Source: Octopus sinensis (taxonomy: Eukaryota). From it: a stretch of 64,000 nucleotides of DNA. The notes beneath the pieces were generated by a model, which was not told the DNA's origin, searched no databases, and saw only the letters and a program-made list of their open reading frames with translations. The position numbers were made by a program, and so were the translations under genes. Where the stretch lies: positions 34,906,001-34,970,000 of the forward strand of contig NC_043001.1 of the NCBI RefSeq assembly GCF_006345805.1. The letters are read 5' to 3'. This document shows, one piece after another, positions 1-12,676 of the stretch (position 1 is the first letter of the stretch; each line of letters begins with the position of its first letter).

Positions 1-249
1 TCAGGTTTATCTATTAAACCTTTTAAACTCTAAAAATCCACATCCGTCCTTTCTTCGCACGCAGTGTTTATATGACTACAGTTTTTCAAAGTTTTTTCCT
101 GTGGTAAAATCAGGCGATCAAAATTTGAATTGAGGGAGATATTACTACCATTTCTTGTGAGCCAAGCAATAACGTAAAAGCCACCTCTGATGGAAATCGC
201 TGAATATGACATTTTCAGTATATGTTTTTGGCTCATTAATTTCTGACAC

Positions 250-610
250 CTGATCGAGAAAAGCATCTTTCTCATAACCAAATAAAAAATATATTGCGAA
301 TGGTATTTCGCTCTAGATTATTGTAATTCTTTGAGTACAACCTATTTGTGATCTAAGTTGTTCAACGGGCGCTGAACCTTAGTGAAACCAAAAGGGCTAG
401 GAACAGGATCTGTGGCACATATGATTTCTAGGGACCACTGAGACCAGAATCCGTACCGCAAACTCAAATTACTAGGATCTTTACCATGGAGGCTACACCT
501 ATATTATTTAGCTCCAGGCTTTCAAAAACTAGAACTAAGGTGAACAATCTTCCAGTCGGGATCATCCAGTTCTTTTGGGTATCCATAACGATGTTTTCCA
601 CATTATATTT
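250..610 (-). pseudogene. Possible degenerate Sushi/CCP-like coding remnant
   Basis: Minus-strand reading gives CGKHRYGYPKELDDPDWKIVHLSSSF*KPGAK**RCSLHGKDPSNLSLRYGFWSQWSLEIICATDPVPSPFG...SRAKY..GYE. The spacing loosely resembles C..P..G..Y.C..G..C..W..C. Several stops and a frameshift; judged by eye only. Confidence 0.25.
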
Positions 611-1380
611 TTCGGGTGTATGGTGTCATTTGAATAGCATTCAGCTACTATTTCCAGCCAATCCAGTGACTGTGTAGATGGTTCTATTTATATATATATG
701 TTGTAAATAAAACATTTATTTTTTTTAGATGCTGCTGTAGGCTCATGAACAGACTGTTATGTATGCGTGCGCGTGTCTTAAGAACAATTGAGACGAAAAT
801 GAAGTCAAGATGGCTTCAAGTAAGATTACAATTAAAGTTACTGTTTCTACTTAGCATGTATTTATCTCTTGGTAAACGGGATTTCAATACAAAGAGCTGT
901 AATGAAGATTCCTTATGTTTTAAGCAATTTGACTACATATCCCTTGGAGTAAAGTGTAGTCTATTGAATCAAGCATCTATTATGTTGTCGAACCAGAAGT
1001 CTGAATAAGAGGAAGTTGAATATCACAGAATTTGTACTCAATCGAACGACAAACAATCATCTCCGACAAAACACTACCGCTTCAGATATATAAACAGAAA
1101 AGAATAGTTCCCTTGCTGCTAAGGAGAAAAGTGCACGGACGATCTATTCTATCTAATATCACAAAATATATAATTTGTGCAGATATCGAGAGGTCTCTAT
1201 TAACTCAGTAAGATTACGACGACACAAGGCTACATAATATATATTGATGATTTTTAACCCCTGATCAGCTCTACTTGAGCAGACTTGTTACCAAAGGGAT
1301 TCCATCTGAGGCACGTTCTCAAGCCGAATGTACTCTTGTTTATATTTTTTTTGTATCGTCTGTATATTTTAAAGACAAAT

Positions 1381-1805
1381 GGCGTTGGAGTGGCTGTGTG
1401 GTAAGTAGCTTGCTTACCAACCACATGGTTCCGGGTTCAGTCCCACTGCGTGGCACCTTGGGCAAGTGACTTCTACTATAGCCTCGGGCCGACCAAAGCC
1501 TTGTGAGTGGATTTGGTAGACGGAAACTGAAAGAAACCCGTCGTATATATGTATATATATACATATATATGTATGTGTTTGTATATGTTTGTTGTATGTC
1601 TGTGCTTGTCCCTCCAGCATCGCTTGACAACCGATACTGGTTTGTTTATATCCCCGTAAATTAGCGGTTCGGCAAAAGAGACCGATAGAATAAGTACTAG
1701 GCTTACAAAGAATAAGTCCTGGGGTCGAATTGCTCGACTAAAGGCGGCGCTCCAGCATGGCCGCAGTCACATTACTGAAACAAGTAAAAGAGTAACAAAG
1801 AGTAA
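1381..1805 (+). mobile_element. tRNA-derived SINE family A (CORE-like head, TA-rich linker, second half), full length
   Basis: Head GTGGCTGTGTGGTAAG...GGTTCAGTCCC (A/B-box-like), then GCACCTTGGGCAAGTG (CORE-like), a TA/TG linker and tail ...CCAGCATGGCCGCAGTC...GAAACAAGTAAAAGAGTAA. Four other copies occur in the window. Confidence 0.9.
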
Positions 1806-2145
1806 ATGGTATATTTTGAAGGAGTTATAACTTTCGTTTTCAACAAACCGAGTGACTACGTTCATGCAACTTTATTTTTTTTACGTACTACAAAGTCAAA
1901 CTAATCTACATTTATATACCAGTGATATTTACTGCACCCAACCCAAACTATTAAATCAAATACCAAAGTGCCAAAAGTTGAATTAAGTAAACATAATCAA
2001 GTTTACGTCTTAGGGAGACATTAACACAATATAATGTTTCTTGCCACACGTCCGGACCACAATTAAACATATCGAAAATAATTGTGTATATTTACTATAA
2101 TTAAGATATATATATTTCACTTAAAATAAAGTACACAACAAAGCG

Positions 2146-2182
<37 letters not shown>

Positions 2183-2574
2183 TCACATACACACTCGCAC
2201 ATATCAGACAAATAAGAATAATAACTAGTAGACATGTGAACCTAATCAGAGCTTATGCTTGTTTTGTTTATAACGGCTTAACATATTGGCGGCCATGCAA
2301 ACATCGTAACGAAGCACGGATGATGAGTTTACAGCAGATATCTGAAAGGTTTTTTATAAAAATATATGACAAAACAAAACCAAAAACAAAATCTCATAAG
2401 ATCTCCCTTGCATCTGTTGGCAATCTTTCTCCTACTACATGTGCTCAGAAAGTCAGGACACCTGATAGTAATCTCTATGTTCTTTGTATACATAGATTAT
2501 GATTTGTCCGCATGTTTGTGAGACATCTTCATAAACTCTGTAATACATATGTTTATCGTCAATATATACAGACA

Positions 2575-2648
2575 TAAACACACACACACACACACGAACA
2601 TATATGTATATGTATATATATATGTGTGTGTGTGTGTATGTATATATG

Positions 2649-2681
<33 letters not shown>

Positions 2682-2721
2682 ATATATATGTATATATGAA
2701 TATATGTATATATATATATTC

Positions 2722-2792
<71 letters not shown>
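2575..2792. repeat. Compound (CA)/(TG)/(TA)n microsatellite
   Basis: Read directly from sequence. Confidence 0.97.
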
Positions 2793-2795
<3 letters not shown>

Positions 2796-3455
2796 AGTAA
2801 GCGCGCGGAGAAGGAGAGAATAATATTCTATAGGAGCAAATTTTAAAATAAGATGTTTAGATTATATAGCTTTCACCTGTGTGTGGAACAATATACCATG
2901 CGTAATCTTACATGCTAAAATACATACAACACGACTATAACGAAGATTTTCCCTCTATCTTCAGCATCACAGAGCCTACATGCCCACACACATGTATACA
3001 CATACACAAACATATATATATATATAGAGAGAGAGAGATTACCCTGCTCCTGATTTATCTCTGTACGTATGAGTATACATGTACATATATATAGTGGGAA
3101 AAATCTTTCCTTTCGAACATGTTATAGAGAAAGCATATCCGTATTCGAGCTAAAACTTCATATTAAATAATTTCCATATTTCTTAATCAGTCTTCTTATA
3201 TTTCACTTTGTAACTATTTCATATTAAATAAATATCTTTTGTAATTTAATAAGTACATCAATATCTCATCTGAATGAAATTATGGTTGTAGCTCCTTGTT
3301 ATGTTTTAGGCTACAAATGACTACGGAAATGAAATCGTAGGTCACTAAATCTGCATTGCTAGTCTTTTAAATTAGCGAACAGCTAACTCTTGCGCAAATT
3401 ATAGATTACCTCTGTAGTACTACCACTTTGCAATGGTGTTTGCATTCTTATTTTG

Positions 3456-3459
<4 letters not shown>

Positions 3460-3536
<77 letters not shown>

Positions 3537-3566
3537 TATACATACATAAATGCATACATACGTACA

Positions 3567-3657
<91 letters not shown>

Positions 3658-3672
3658 ATATATATACATACA
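3460..3672. repeat. (TA)n-(TACA)n-(TA)n microsatellite
   Basis: Read directly from sequence. Confidence 0.97.
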
Positions 3673-3980
3673 CACTATAGGGAGTCATATGCAGAATCAA
3701 GTTAACAATAAACTGAAAGGTTACTTAATATTTAGTAGTAGATCATACACGCCTGCGCGCGCGCACACACACAGCGTGTGATGGGTAGATTGATGCCATT
3801 TTATATTCTTGATTTCGCGCATGCGCATTTTTTTATTTTCTTTATTTTGTCGAATACACAGTATAATAGGGTCAGTTGGGCACCATCTGTGAGAAAAAAA
3901 GCGCAATTTGGAAACGACATGCTCTACTGCTTTGCATTCGCGCCGAAAGCTCGAAATCGAGCAGATGGTGAAAAACATAG

Positions 3981-4315
3981 AACAACCGTTGGCTTGCCGT
4001 GTCCCCAAAACATGTACCGAGAGTGATAAAAATCAAATATCCAGTCAACATCATGGTGTTTGGGATGATCACAAGTGATGGTGACGTTTTACCCCTGTTC
4101 ATCTTCCCACACAGCCCCAGACTCAGCATGGAGGCCTATAACAAGTGACTAGAGGAGGTAGCGCTACCCTGGGTCAAGAAGGCCCTATATCTGGTCAGAA
4201 GACTCTGCAGCATGCCACACATGCAGGAGAGACCAACAAAACTCCTTGTAACAACAAAAATGAACTGAAGTCAAGGATTATGGCAGCATTCGCCAACTTA
4301 AGCAAGGAGAACGTT
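3981..4315 (+). pseudogene. maT/DD37D-type Tc1/mariner transposase fragment, internally deleted
   Basis: NNRWLAVSPKHVPRVIKIKYPVNIMVFGMITSDGDVLPLFIF...LEEVALPWVK, then PYIWSEDSAACHT (decayed W-QQDSAPCHT), then ETNKTPCNNKNELKSRIMAAFANLSKENV. One stop and frameshifts. Confidence 0.75.
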
Positions 4316-4390
4316 TTGGTAAATATACGTTAAAATGAGATATCAGTGCTATTTTCATTTTTGCGTTATTTAAACGACAATATATTTACC

Positions 4391-4548
<158 letters not shown>

Positions 4549-4549
4549 A

Positions 4550-4705
4550 TCCCAGTCCTCAGTTGGTACTCCTTTTATCAACCACGAAAGGATGAAAGGT
4601 AAAGTCGGCTTCAGCGGAATTTGAAATCAGAACGCAAAGACAGACGAAATGCTGCCAAGCAATTTTCTCGGCGTGCTAATGAGTCTGCCAGCTCGCCGCC
4701 TTTAG
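4550..4705 (-). mobile_element. tRNA-derived SINE family B
   Basis: Reverse complement of GGCGAGCTGGCAGA...TGAGTTCAAATTCCGC..GTCGACTTTGCCTTTCATCCTTTCG..GATAAA..AGTACCA family, diverged. Confidence 0.85.
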
Positions 4706-4717
4706 CAAGCTTAATAT

Positions 4718-4845
4718 CCATCCATCCATCCATCCATCCATCCATCCATCCGTCTATCTATCCATCCATCCACCTACCTACCTACCTATCTACTATCTAT
4801 CTATCTATCTATCTATCTCTATCTATCTATCTATCTATCTATCTT
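4718..4845. repeat. (ATCC)n/(ATCT)n microsatellite
   Basis: Read directly from sequence. Confidence 0.95.
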
Positions 4846-5339
4846 TCACAGCGAGAATTGTAAAAAGCAATGAAGAATACAATTAAATTAGGCAAACCAT
4901 TTCATGTGAATCTGTTTTCTGTAGGCAATAGCTTTATCAATATAGATTCGCGTTATAAGTTAAGATGAGATGGAAACTGGACAGTACAGCATTCACAATG
5001 ATTGCGAATTTATGTGACGCGAATATATCACAAGTTTTGGATTTTACTACCCAATTATTTCTTTGCTTCTTTACCTTACCATTTCAGATTGTAATTAATA
5101 ATTCCAAAAGAAAATTATACTAACCATAAAGGTGGAAAAGACAGTAAGAAAGAATAAGGACATTAAGAAATATAATACATGAAATACTCGTATATTAACA
5201 ACAATGAAGATCGTTGTTGGAGATCTAGCTAAAAAATGTGTTTCTACATGTTCGCTCGATTCATAAGAAAAACAATCAAACTCCCCCCTTACCACACTGT
5301 GTCGTCTAACAAAGATGACATTAGATAATATTTGTCCTC

Positions 5340-5570
5340 TTTTACTTGCTCTTTTACTCTTTTACTGTTTTTAGTCATTTGACTGCGGCCATGCTGGAGC
5401 ACCGCCTTTTTAGTCGATCAAATCGACCCCAGGACTTATTCTTTGTAAGCGTAGTACTTATCCTATCGGGATCTTTTGCCGACGTAAACACACCAGCATC
5501 GGTTGTCAAGCGATGTTGGGGGGAGACAAACACAGACACACAAGCATATACACACACACATACATATATG
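5340..5570 (-). mobile_element. SINE family A, 3' half (head at 6685-6836)
   Basis: Reverse complement matches 1600-1805. Confidence 0.85.
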
Positions 5571-5574
5571 CATG

Positions 5575-6681
5575 TGGTAGTTCATGACCACCTTGGCCTT
5601 GTGACATGGGGCATTGTACTGCATGAATATGGGCGGTCGCTTAGTTGAATTTCTCAGCACAGGCAAGACATGATCTTTTACAAGTTGTTTATAAACTCCT
5701 GCATTTACCTTTCCGTATAATCGCACCAAAGGGCCCACAACATCTCCAGATATCATCCCCCAAACCATGATACTTCTTCCACCGAATTTAACACTAGTCT
5801 TAAGGCATTTTAGGCGACAATTTTTCACCTACTTTTCGACGAACGTACCTTTTCCTATCTGAGCCAAATAACATAGACTTAGATTCATCACTGAAATGCA
5901 CCGTTTGCCATTTTTCTTTAGACCACAACACATGTTCGGTTGCAAAGGTAAGACGACACATTTTATTCTTGAAGCTGATCAGTGGCTTCACTGCAGGTGC
6001 TCTTGCTTGTAGGTCATGTTCAATTAAACGACGAGACAGTTTTTCGAGATAAAGTTTTCTTCAGTACAATGCTCATTTCCCGAGAAACAGCAGCAGCAGT
6101 TTTAAATCTATCCTTTTTAACCAACTTTATCATAGCACGATCTTCTCTCTTGGTCGTTTTTCTTGGCCTACATGTAGACCTTCTTACTTCACACGAACCA
6201 CAATCATCGTAGACCTTAAGAATACCGTGAATAACACTTTTTGACTTGTTAACAATCTTTGCAATAGACCCAATACTTAAATTATCCTTCTTTCGAAGCT
6301 TAATAATCTGCTGACGAATTGGTAACGGAGTAAGTGGCATTATCTTAACAAAGTACACTGCAGATATTCTTACGGCGTGTTTAGTAAATGAACCGTCACG
6401 TAAACAAATTCAAAACATTAGAGTTCGCTGGTTAAAATACTAAAACATGGAGTAAAAGCAACCGTTCTGATCATTTTGGCCGCAATGGGTTTTGCAGTAA
6501 ATCGATAAATCATCCATAACTTTTGTATTATCCTCTCAAATTACACCAAAATCTCAGACAATAACAAATACTATTGTATTTATTGTCTGCGAAAATTATA
6601 GAATATGAAACAACTTTCATAAAAACTTATACCTACTTTTCTGACGAAAACAATGCCGTTCTGAACATTTTGGCCTAACTG
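5575..6681 (-). mobile_element. Tc1-like DNA transposon (IR/DR type), transposase pseudogene, 3' end lost
   Basis: HTH region MPLTPLPIRQQIIKLRKK...RPRKTTKREDR; WQTVHFSDESK (first D); VKFGGRSIMVWG; IFMQYNAPCHKA (decayed second D). Terminus CAGTTAGGCCAAAATGTTCAGAACGG at 6681 next to TA; an inner repeat of the same motif at 6462-6481. Confidence 0.92.
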
Positions 6682-6684
6682 TAT

Positions 6685-6836
6685 ATACGACGGGCTTCTT
6701 TAAGTTTCCGTCTACAAAAACCACTCACGAAGCTGTAGTAGAAGACACTTACCCAAGGTGCCACGCGCATTGAAACTGAACCCAGAACCATGTGGTTCGT
6801 AAGCAAGCTACTTACCACACAGCCACCCCTGCGCCT
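6685..6836 (-). mobile_element. SINE family A head
   Basis: Reverse complement of AGGCGCAGGGGTGGCTGTGTGGTAAGTAGCTTGCTTAC...GCACCTTGGGTAAGTGTC...AAGAAGCCCGTCGTATA. Confidence 0.88.
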
Positions 6837-7109
6837 TTTAAACAGACAGGATGGTTATGATAGGATTCTATTTGATCCTAGTTCTGACTGACTTCGCTCG
6901 ATCTAGGAATAACAGATATGATTAGAACGTTCAGTTTTTTAAGGATGTTTGTTTCAATTCCAATCATGCTGTTAATATTAATGAAGATGAATAATGCCTA
7001 TTGAATCGTTAAATGCTATTTATTTAACATGGTTGAGTGAATCAACATCAAAATTCCAACAAAATGAGATTTAAATCGAGAACATATTGAGGGACAACGA
7101 AATTATGAT

Positions 7110-7327
7110 ATTGGTTTCACATTTCTTGGCGGCAGGCCAGCAATTTTCGGAGAAGGGTCGAGTCAATTATATCGACCCGAGTATTTGACTGGTACTTATT
7201 TTATCGACCACGGAGGATGAGAGGCACGGTCGATCTTGGAGGAATTTGAACTCAGAAGGAAAATACAGGCGAAATGCCGCTAAGCATAATGCCAGGCATT
7301 TTAATAATTCTGTCAGCTCACCACCTC
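7110..7327 (-). mobile_element. SINE family B, diverged
   Basis: TATCGACCC..ACTGGTACTTATTTTATCGACC..GGATGA..GGAATTTGAACTCAG..GCTCACCA. Confidence 0.8.
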
Positions 7328-7516
7328 CAACGAAGTAATTGTATTTAAAAAACCCATTAGAGTGCTGTGACGAGGGCAACTGTGAATCGAAACCGGCAAG
7401 GAAAATAGCTGTAAGTCTGGTACCTCAATATTTCAAACTATTATTCTGCTGTAAATATCTCTTTGGTTGCCAATATAACTCTAGGTTAACACTAATTATA
7501 ACCTTTCATCAATGAA

Positions 7517-7885
7517 TGGCGAGCTGGCAGAAACGTTAGTACGCCGGGCAAAATGCTTAGCGGTATTTTGTCTGTCTTTACATTCTGAGTTCAAATTCCG
7601 CCGAGGTCGACTTTGCCTTTCATCCTTTCGTGGTCGATTAAATAAGTACCAGTTACACACTGTAGTCGATATAATCGACTTAATCCGTTTGTCTGTCCCT
7701 GCTTGTCCTCTCTGAAATAGGCATTTTGTCTGTCTTTATGTTCTGAGTTCAAATTCCACCGAGGTCAACTTTTCCTTTCATCATTTCGGGGTCGAAAAAA
7801 TAAGTAACATTTGAGTAATGGGGTCGATGAAATCGATTTACAGCTTCCCTGGAACTTGCTGGGCTTGTGCCAAAATTTGAAACCA
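7517..7885 (+). mobile_element. SINE family B plus a second headless partial copy in tandem
   Basis: GGCGAGCTGGCAGAAACGTTAG...CTGAGTTCAAATTCCGCCGAGGTCGACTTTGCCTTTCATCC, with the core repeated from about 7722. Confidence 0.85.
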
Positions 7886-8339
7886 ATTTCTGCCCGTTCG
7901 GTTTAAGTGCACAACGGACTACCATCTCTAACGTGTTCTAAACGATTTTAAGGTTGTAAAGTATGGATTGAAAGAGATTTGGCTATTACTTCAAAACGGT
8001 CGAGAAGGCCGTTAGGCTGAAGTATTGAAGTTTACTTACAGTGTAAAAATATTAAAAGTGTATTCAAAATGCTTCACGTGAAAGCCATCATACAAGCAAT
8101 CACTTTCTTTTCGAGGAGGTTTTAACGCTGAAGAACGAAATAAATTTAAAGTTGAAACAAAAATCAAGGAAATTGCAAATCTTCACCAACCGAAATGGAC
8201 TTTCTATTTCTAGGCCTGGCTGATCTCCCAAATAACACTTACACAAGTCCCAAGAGACTATACTGAAATAATTCAATTTCCCCTACGTCTTTTCTTAGTT
8301 GATACTTAAATGTGGCATTTATCCAGAAAAGAAATGCAT

Positions 8340-8388
8340 CTATCTATCTACCTATCTATCTATCTACCTATTTATCTATCTATCTATA

Positions 8389-8442
<54 letters not shown>

Positions 8443-8450
8443 CCTACCTA
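8340..8450. repeat. (TATC)n microsatellite
   Basis: Read directly from sequence. Confidence 0.95.
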
Positions 8451-9610
8451 TATAACTGTCTGTCACTCAAACCGTTCTAGTATTTGTCTCTTGAAATATA
8501 TTCTGTCAAAAATATTGAATTTATAACTCAAACTCACACGGGTCACATTTATCAGATTCATTGTCTTAAAGAGGTAGAGAGGGTGGTGGAAGGGATGGTG
8601 GAGAGGGCAATTTTTCCGTTGTTTTTGTTTGGCTTCATTCGAAATGAAGTATATAACAAGTGAATAGAACTAGGAATACTGATACAAGGTATTGAGATAA
8701 ATTAACTGTAAATATATTAGATCATTTATTAATCTATCATTTATTTGATGCAGTTTATAAATCTAAACACTATATTACATATATACATGCAGGCACTGAA
8801 GTGTAAATGTGCACAATGTGTGTGTATATGTATGTTTCATTTTGTAAATATTTGTATATTCGTGTCTCTGTGTCTGTGTGAATCTGTGCTTACGTCTAAC
8901 AGCCTGAATATATAAATATAAATGAATACATATGTAAGTATAGATATTGGACTGTATGCTGATATGTTTATACCTATGAGGTTTTCATATGATGTATATG
9001 AATAATATTTACTGTCTTCTAAATATAGTCTGTTGCGTTTGTGCTAAGTGTTGTAAAGTGGCTGAAAACAACCACACGTTCCTTGGCATTGCGATTTCGA
9101 ATGACGCATTGAGAACATGAATATAAAAAATTTATTTCTGCATAATTTTATTTTTCAATTTAAAGCACATAAATGAAACTCAAATTGTTACCGCTAAAGA
9201 AACTTGAGTCAATGAAGGATCCGTACGCTTTTGTTGATATATTAAACTGATTTTATTAAACGTCGACAAAATATTATATGACAGTATTACTCCCTCCTCG
9301 ATCTTCTCTTTATCCAACCCATCTAAAATGCAGTATTATATACAATACATAAGATCAAAATCCTTACCTTTCCCAAGCCCCATCTGTATCTTTGACGTCA
9401 GCTCTTTTGCCTTATAATTCAGATAATACCTACTGCATTATATGGCTGTGAGGCACCTGTACAGGCTACTATCGCCAATCTGCATTCTGCCGCAAGTTGT
9501 TATGAAATTTAAGCGGCATTCCTTTAATTATTGCCATAAACAACACAGAGAAATACATTAATAATTTTCTCGCAGTGAACGAAAGCAAGCCATACTTACC
9601 ACAGCCACAT

Positions 9611-9787
9611 TCTTTCCTACTCTAGGCACAAAGCCCGAAATTTTGGGGGAGAGGCCAGTCGATTATATCGACCCCAGTACGCAACTGGAACTTAATTTAT
9701 CGACCCCGAAAGGATGAAAGGCAAAGTCAACCTCGGCGGAATTTGAACTCAAAACATAAAGACAGACGAGATACCGCTAAGCATTTA
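9611..9787 (-). mobile_element. SINE family B (5'-truncated)
   Basis: TATCGACCCCAGTACGCAACTGG..ATCGACCCCGAAAGGATGAAAGGCAAAGTCAACCTCGGCGGAATTTGAACTC. Confidence 0.85.
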
Positions 9788-10904
9788 CCTCAACATCCCA
9801 GATAGCTAAATAGTGTCTGTGTATGCGTCCATACTACTTTGATGTAAGATTTCCTTTAATTTAAACGGTATGATACTACGAATGACCGTTATTATAATCA
9901 TGACATAATTAAATGTGAACAGTTAACATGTTACCAGTGACCAACACTGCATATGTTGAGACTAGTCGTTTCATACCAGGCTATATAGTTTTTAAGAATT
10001 CTTTCCCACCATTGTCTATCTTGTCATATTTTTTCTGGATTTGCTAAGAGTTTCTTTTTCTTTTATTTTTTGTCCACTCTGTCCATTTTTATTTTGCTGC
10101 CTTTTATCCATTTGTTAGCCATCAATATTTCATCATTTGATGAGATCCATTAGAACTCTTATTTCTATATACATGAATGGCTGACTTTAGATATGCACAT
10201 ATGTGTGCGCATGAGTGTATGTGTGTGTATAGATCGATGTAGATATAGATATGAATAGTTACACACAGACATATACACATACATATATATATACGCAGGT
10301 ATACTGAATATATTCAATACACGCAAAAATTTCGCGGGTAGTTAATAATTAAATGAATTACCCCAAATACAATACCAATTCGTATCAACACAAAAATAAA
10401 TAAAAACATATACACGTACACCCTTTTCTACTTTCATACACATTCGTGCGTCATTGTATACACACATATATAGTTACATACATACTTACATACATACTGC
10501 GTTACAATGGATAAGAAAATCTAATAAGATTATTTGTTAGAAAATGAGCAAACATCTACATTATAAATGTTCTGATAAGGTTCTTCCTCCTTTCATCCTT
10601 CCTCTTTTATGTTCCATGCTAATTATCCCTACTATCTCACACCAATACGACATCCTTTCTGCAGTAATTCTGGCATAGCCACTAACCATTCGCCCGATAG
10701 TGAATACTGTCATTTTTTCAATCTAATAATATTACGTATAAGTGTTACACATCTCTGATGATTTGACGTTCAGTTTTGATTATGCAGTTTGAATTATGTA
10801 ACTAATAATAAGTGAAAGGGCTGATAGAAAGAAGGAAACAATGAAAGAATAGAAAGAATAATAGAGTCGAACAAAATTTAGATAAATATATACTTTCATA
10901 TAAG

Positions 10905-11180
10905 AGACCAAAGTGTACATACGCCGCTATATTTTTTATATATAAAGAACGCAAAACATCCAGACAGGTAGGTGATACAAAACAGGGACAACAAGACATC
11001 CATTCAGACGATACAAGGAAAAAAACGACGGATCATTTGGAGTCTTCTTTCCTCAGTCAAGTTCCAGATTATCTTTGCAATTTCGGCTGGTTATACTCGA
11101 GATTGCTCCAATCTGGCCAGCCCCAAGGAAAAACTAAGCTAAGAGCATTAGATACCTTGGAAGAAAGCAGCCAATGTATA
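10905..11180. repeat. Interspersed repeat of unknown class (possible PLE-related terminus); rearranged copy at 39960-40200
   Basis: AGAACGCAAAACATCC..GGTGATACAAAA..CCTCAG..GAGATTGCTCCAATCTGG.CAGCCCC.AGGAAAAACTAAGCTAAG is shared with the 40-kb copy; ends at a (TA)n tract. Confidence 0.7.
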
Positions 11181-11212
11181 AGATATATCTATATATATAT
11201 ATATATATATAT

Positions 11213-11436
11213 ATTTCTTTACTACCCACAATGGGCTAAACACAGAGGGGACAAACAAGGACAGACAAAGGGATTTAGTCGATTACATCGACCCCAGTGC
11301 GTAACTGGTACTTAATTTATCGACCCCGAAAGGATGAAAGGCAAAGTCGACCTCGGTGGAATTTGAACTCAGAACGTAACGACAGACGAAATACGGCTAC
11401 GCATTTCGCCCGGCGTGCTAACGTTTCTGCCAGCTC

Positions 11437-11440
<4 letters not shown>
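11213..11440 (-). mobile_element. SINE family B, full length
   Basis: Complete head-to-tail match, including tail TTTAGCCC..TGTGGGTAGTAAAGAAATA. Confidence 0.92.
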
Positions 11441-11487
<47 letters not shown>

Positions 11488-11544
11488 TCACATACACACA
11501 CACAAACATACACACACGTATATATATTTGCGAAGTGTGTGTAT

Positions 11545-11608
<64 letters not shown>

Positions 11609-12261
11609 TGAGCGCGAAAGAGAGGAGAAGATTGAGAAGGTGAACTGATTACGTTTACTTGGATTTATACTGGAAGCCATGACTAAATCGAAAATAAATA
11701 AATAAGTATATATATATAGATATATATTTATCTGCTCTAACCATCCAAACATAAACACACACTCTTTCCTTTCCTTTCCTCCTATCTTTCTCTCTTTAGC
11801 TCTCTGTCTTTCTGTTTGTCACTAGACTTTTCTTTTCCCTTCTCACACATAAACATAATTTTACTCCGACACATACAATATAAACGCTTACAAAATTTGC
11901 ATAGAATAGTATTTCCATAATTACGTCAGTAGACTCACGTGGGTAGCCAATGTTTTGTACAGAAATTAGACTGGTGTTAGAGAAATTTGGCTGTTCGTTA
12001 ATCAATATCACTACGCTCGAAATTCTAAAATGTTTGGAATCTTAACATCTCACTAATTTTAAAGTAGCAATTATGGTATTCTAGAAAGTAAATGAAATTA
12101 TTAAATTCTGGAACTTTATAGCTACAGTCATAAATTTACCAAACTAAATCTAAGTTAATATTGGCTGCTTCTATAAATCTTGTATTCTATAAATGTAATC
12201 TGTCGTTTACAATGGCTCATCATTTCAAAATATTTTTCGTCTGTGCAAGAAAATATTTTGC

Positions 12262-12676
12262 AGATCTTTTCGGTTTGAACGGCAGTTTTTAACATAATTT
12301 CTAGGTAATTAAAAAAATTTTAACTTCGTATACTGGTAGAATGTGTTTATAAAACATCTTTTTCTCTTGCCTTAATTGAGAAAATTCTATAGTTTGTAAG
12401 ATATTTGTTGTTTTTTTTCTTCAATTTCTGTAATTTCAACCAATCAGTGACGTCTATTGAGTTAAAAAGCATTCTGTGCCGTATGAATATGTCCCTCGTT
12501 TAAGAAACAGATTGGGTTTATTTACATTTGTGAAGAAAAAAGATACCTTTCTCCCACCTCTAACCCTAACCCTAAAAGAGATTGAAATGCAGTAGATCGA
12601 TTCTAGGGTCATGATTATGGGTGACAATTTCATATGACACCGCTAGAAAAAACTGCCGTTCAAACCGAAAAGATCC
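12262..12676. mobile_element. MITE with 29-bp TIRs and 8-bp TSD (Merlin-like)
   Basis: TIRs AGATCTTTTCGGTTTGAACGGCAGTTTTT (12262-12290) and AAAAACTGCCGTTCAAACCGAAAAGATCC (12648-12676). TSD TATTTTGC at 12254-12261 and 12677-12684. Confidence 0.88.

Noticed and set aside
11020-11070. CTGAGGA motif on the minus strand (also at about 40050-40075) as a hammerhead
   Set aside because: No GAAA, stem III or stem I could be built downstream.
12559-12573. Telomeric-like AACCCTAACCCTAA
   Set aside because: Only about two units, and internal to the MITE.
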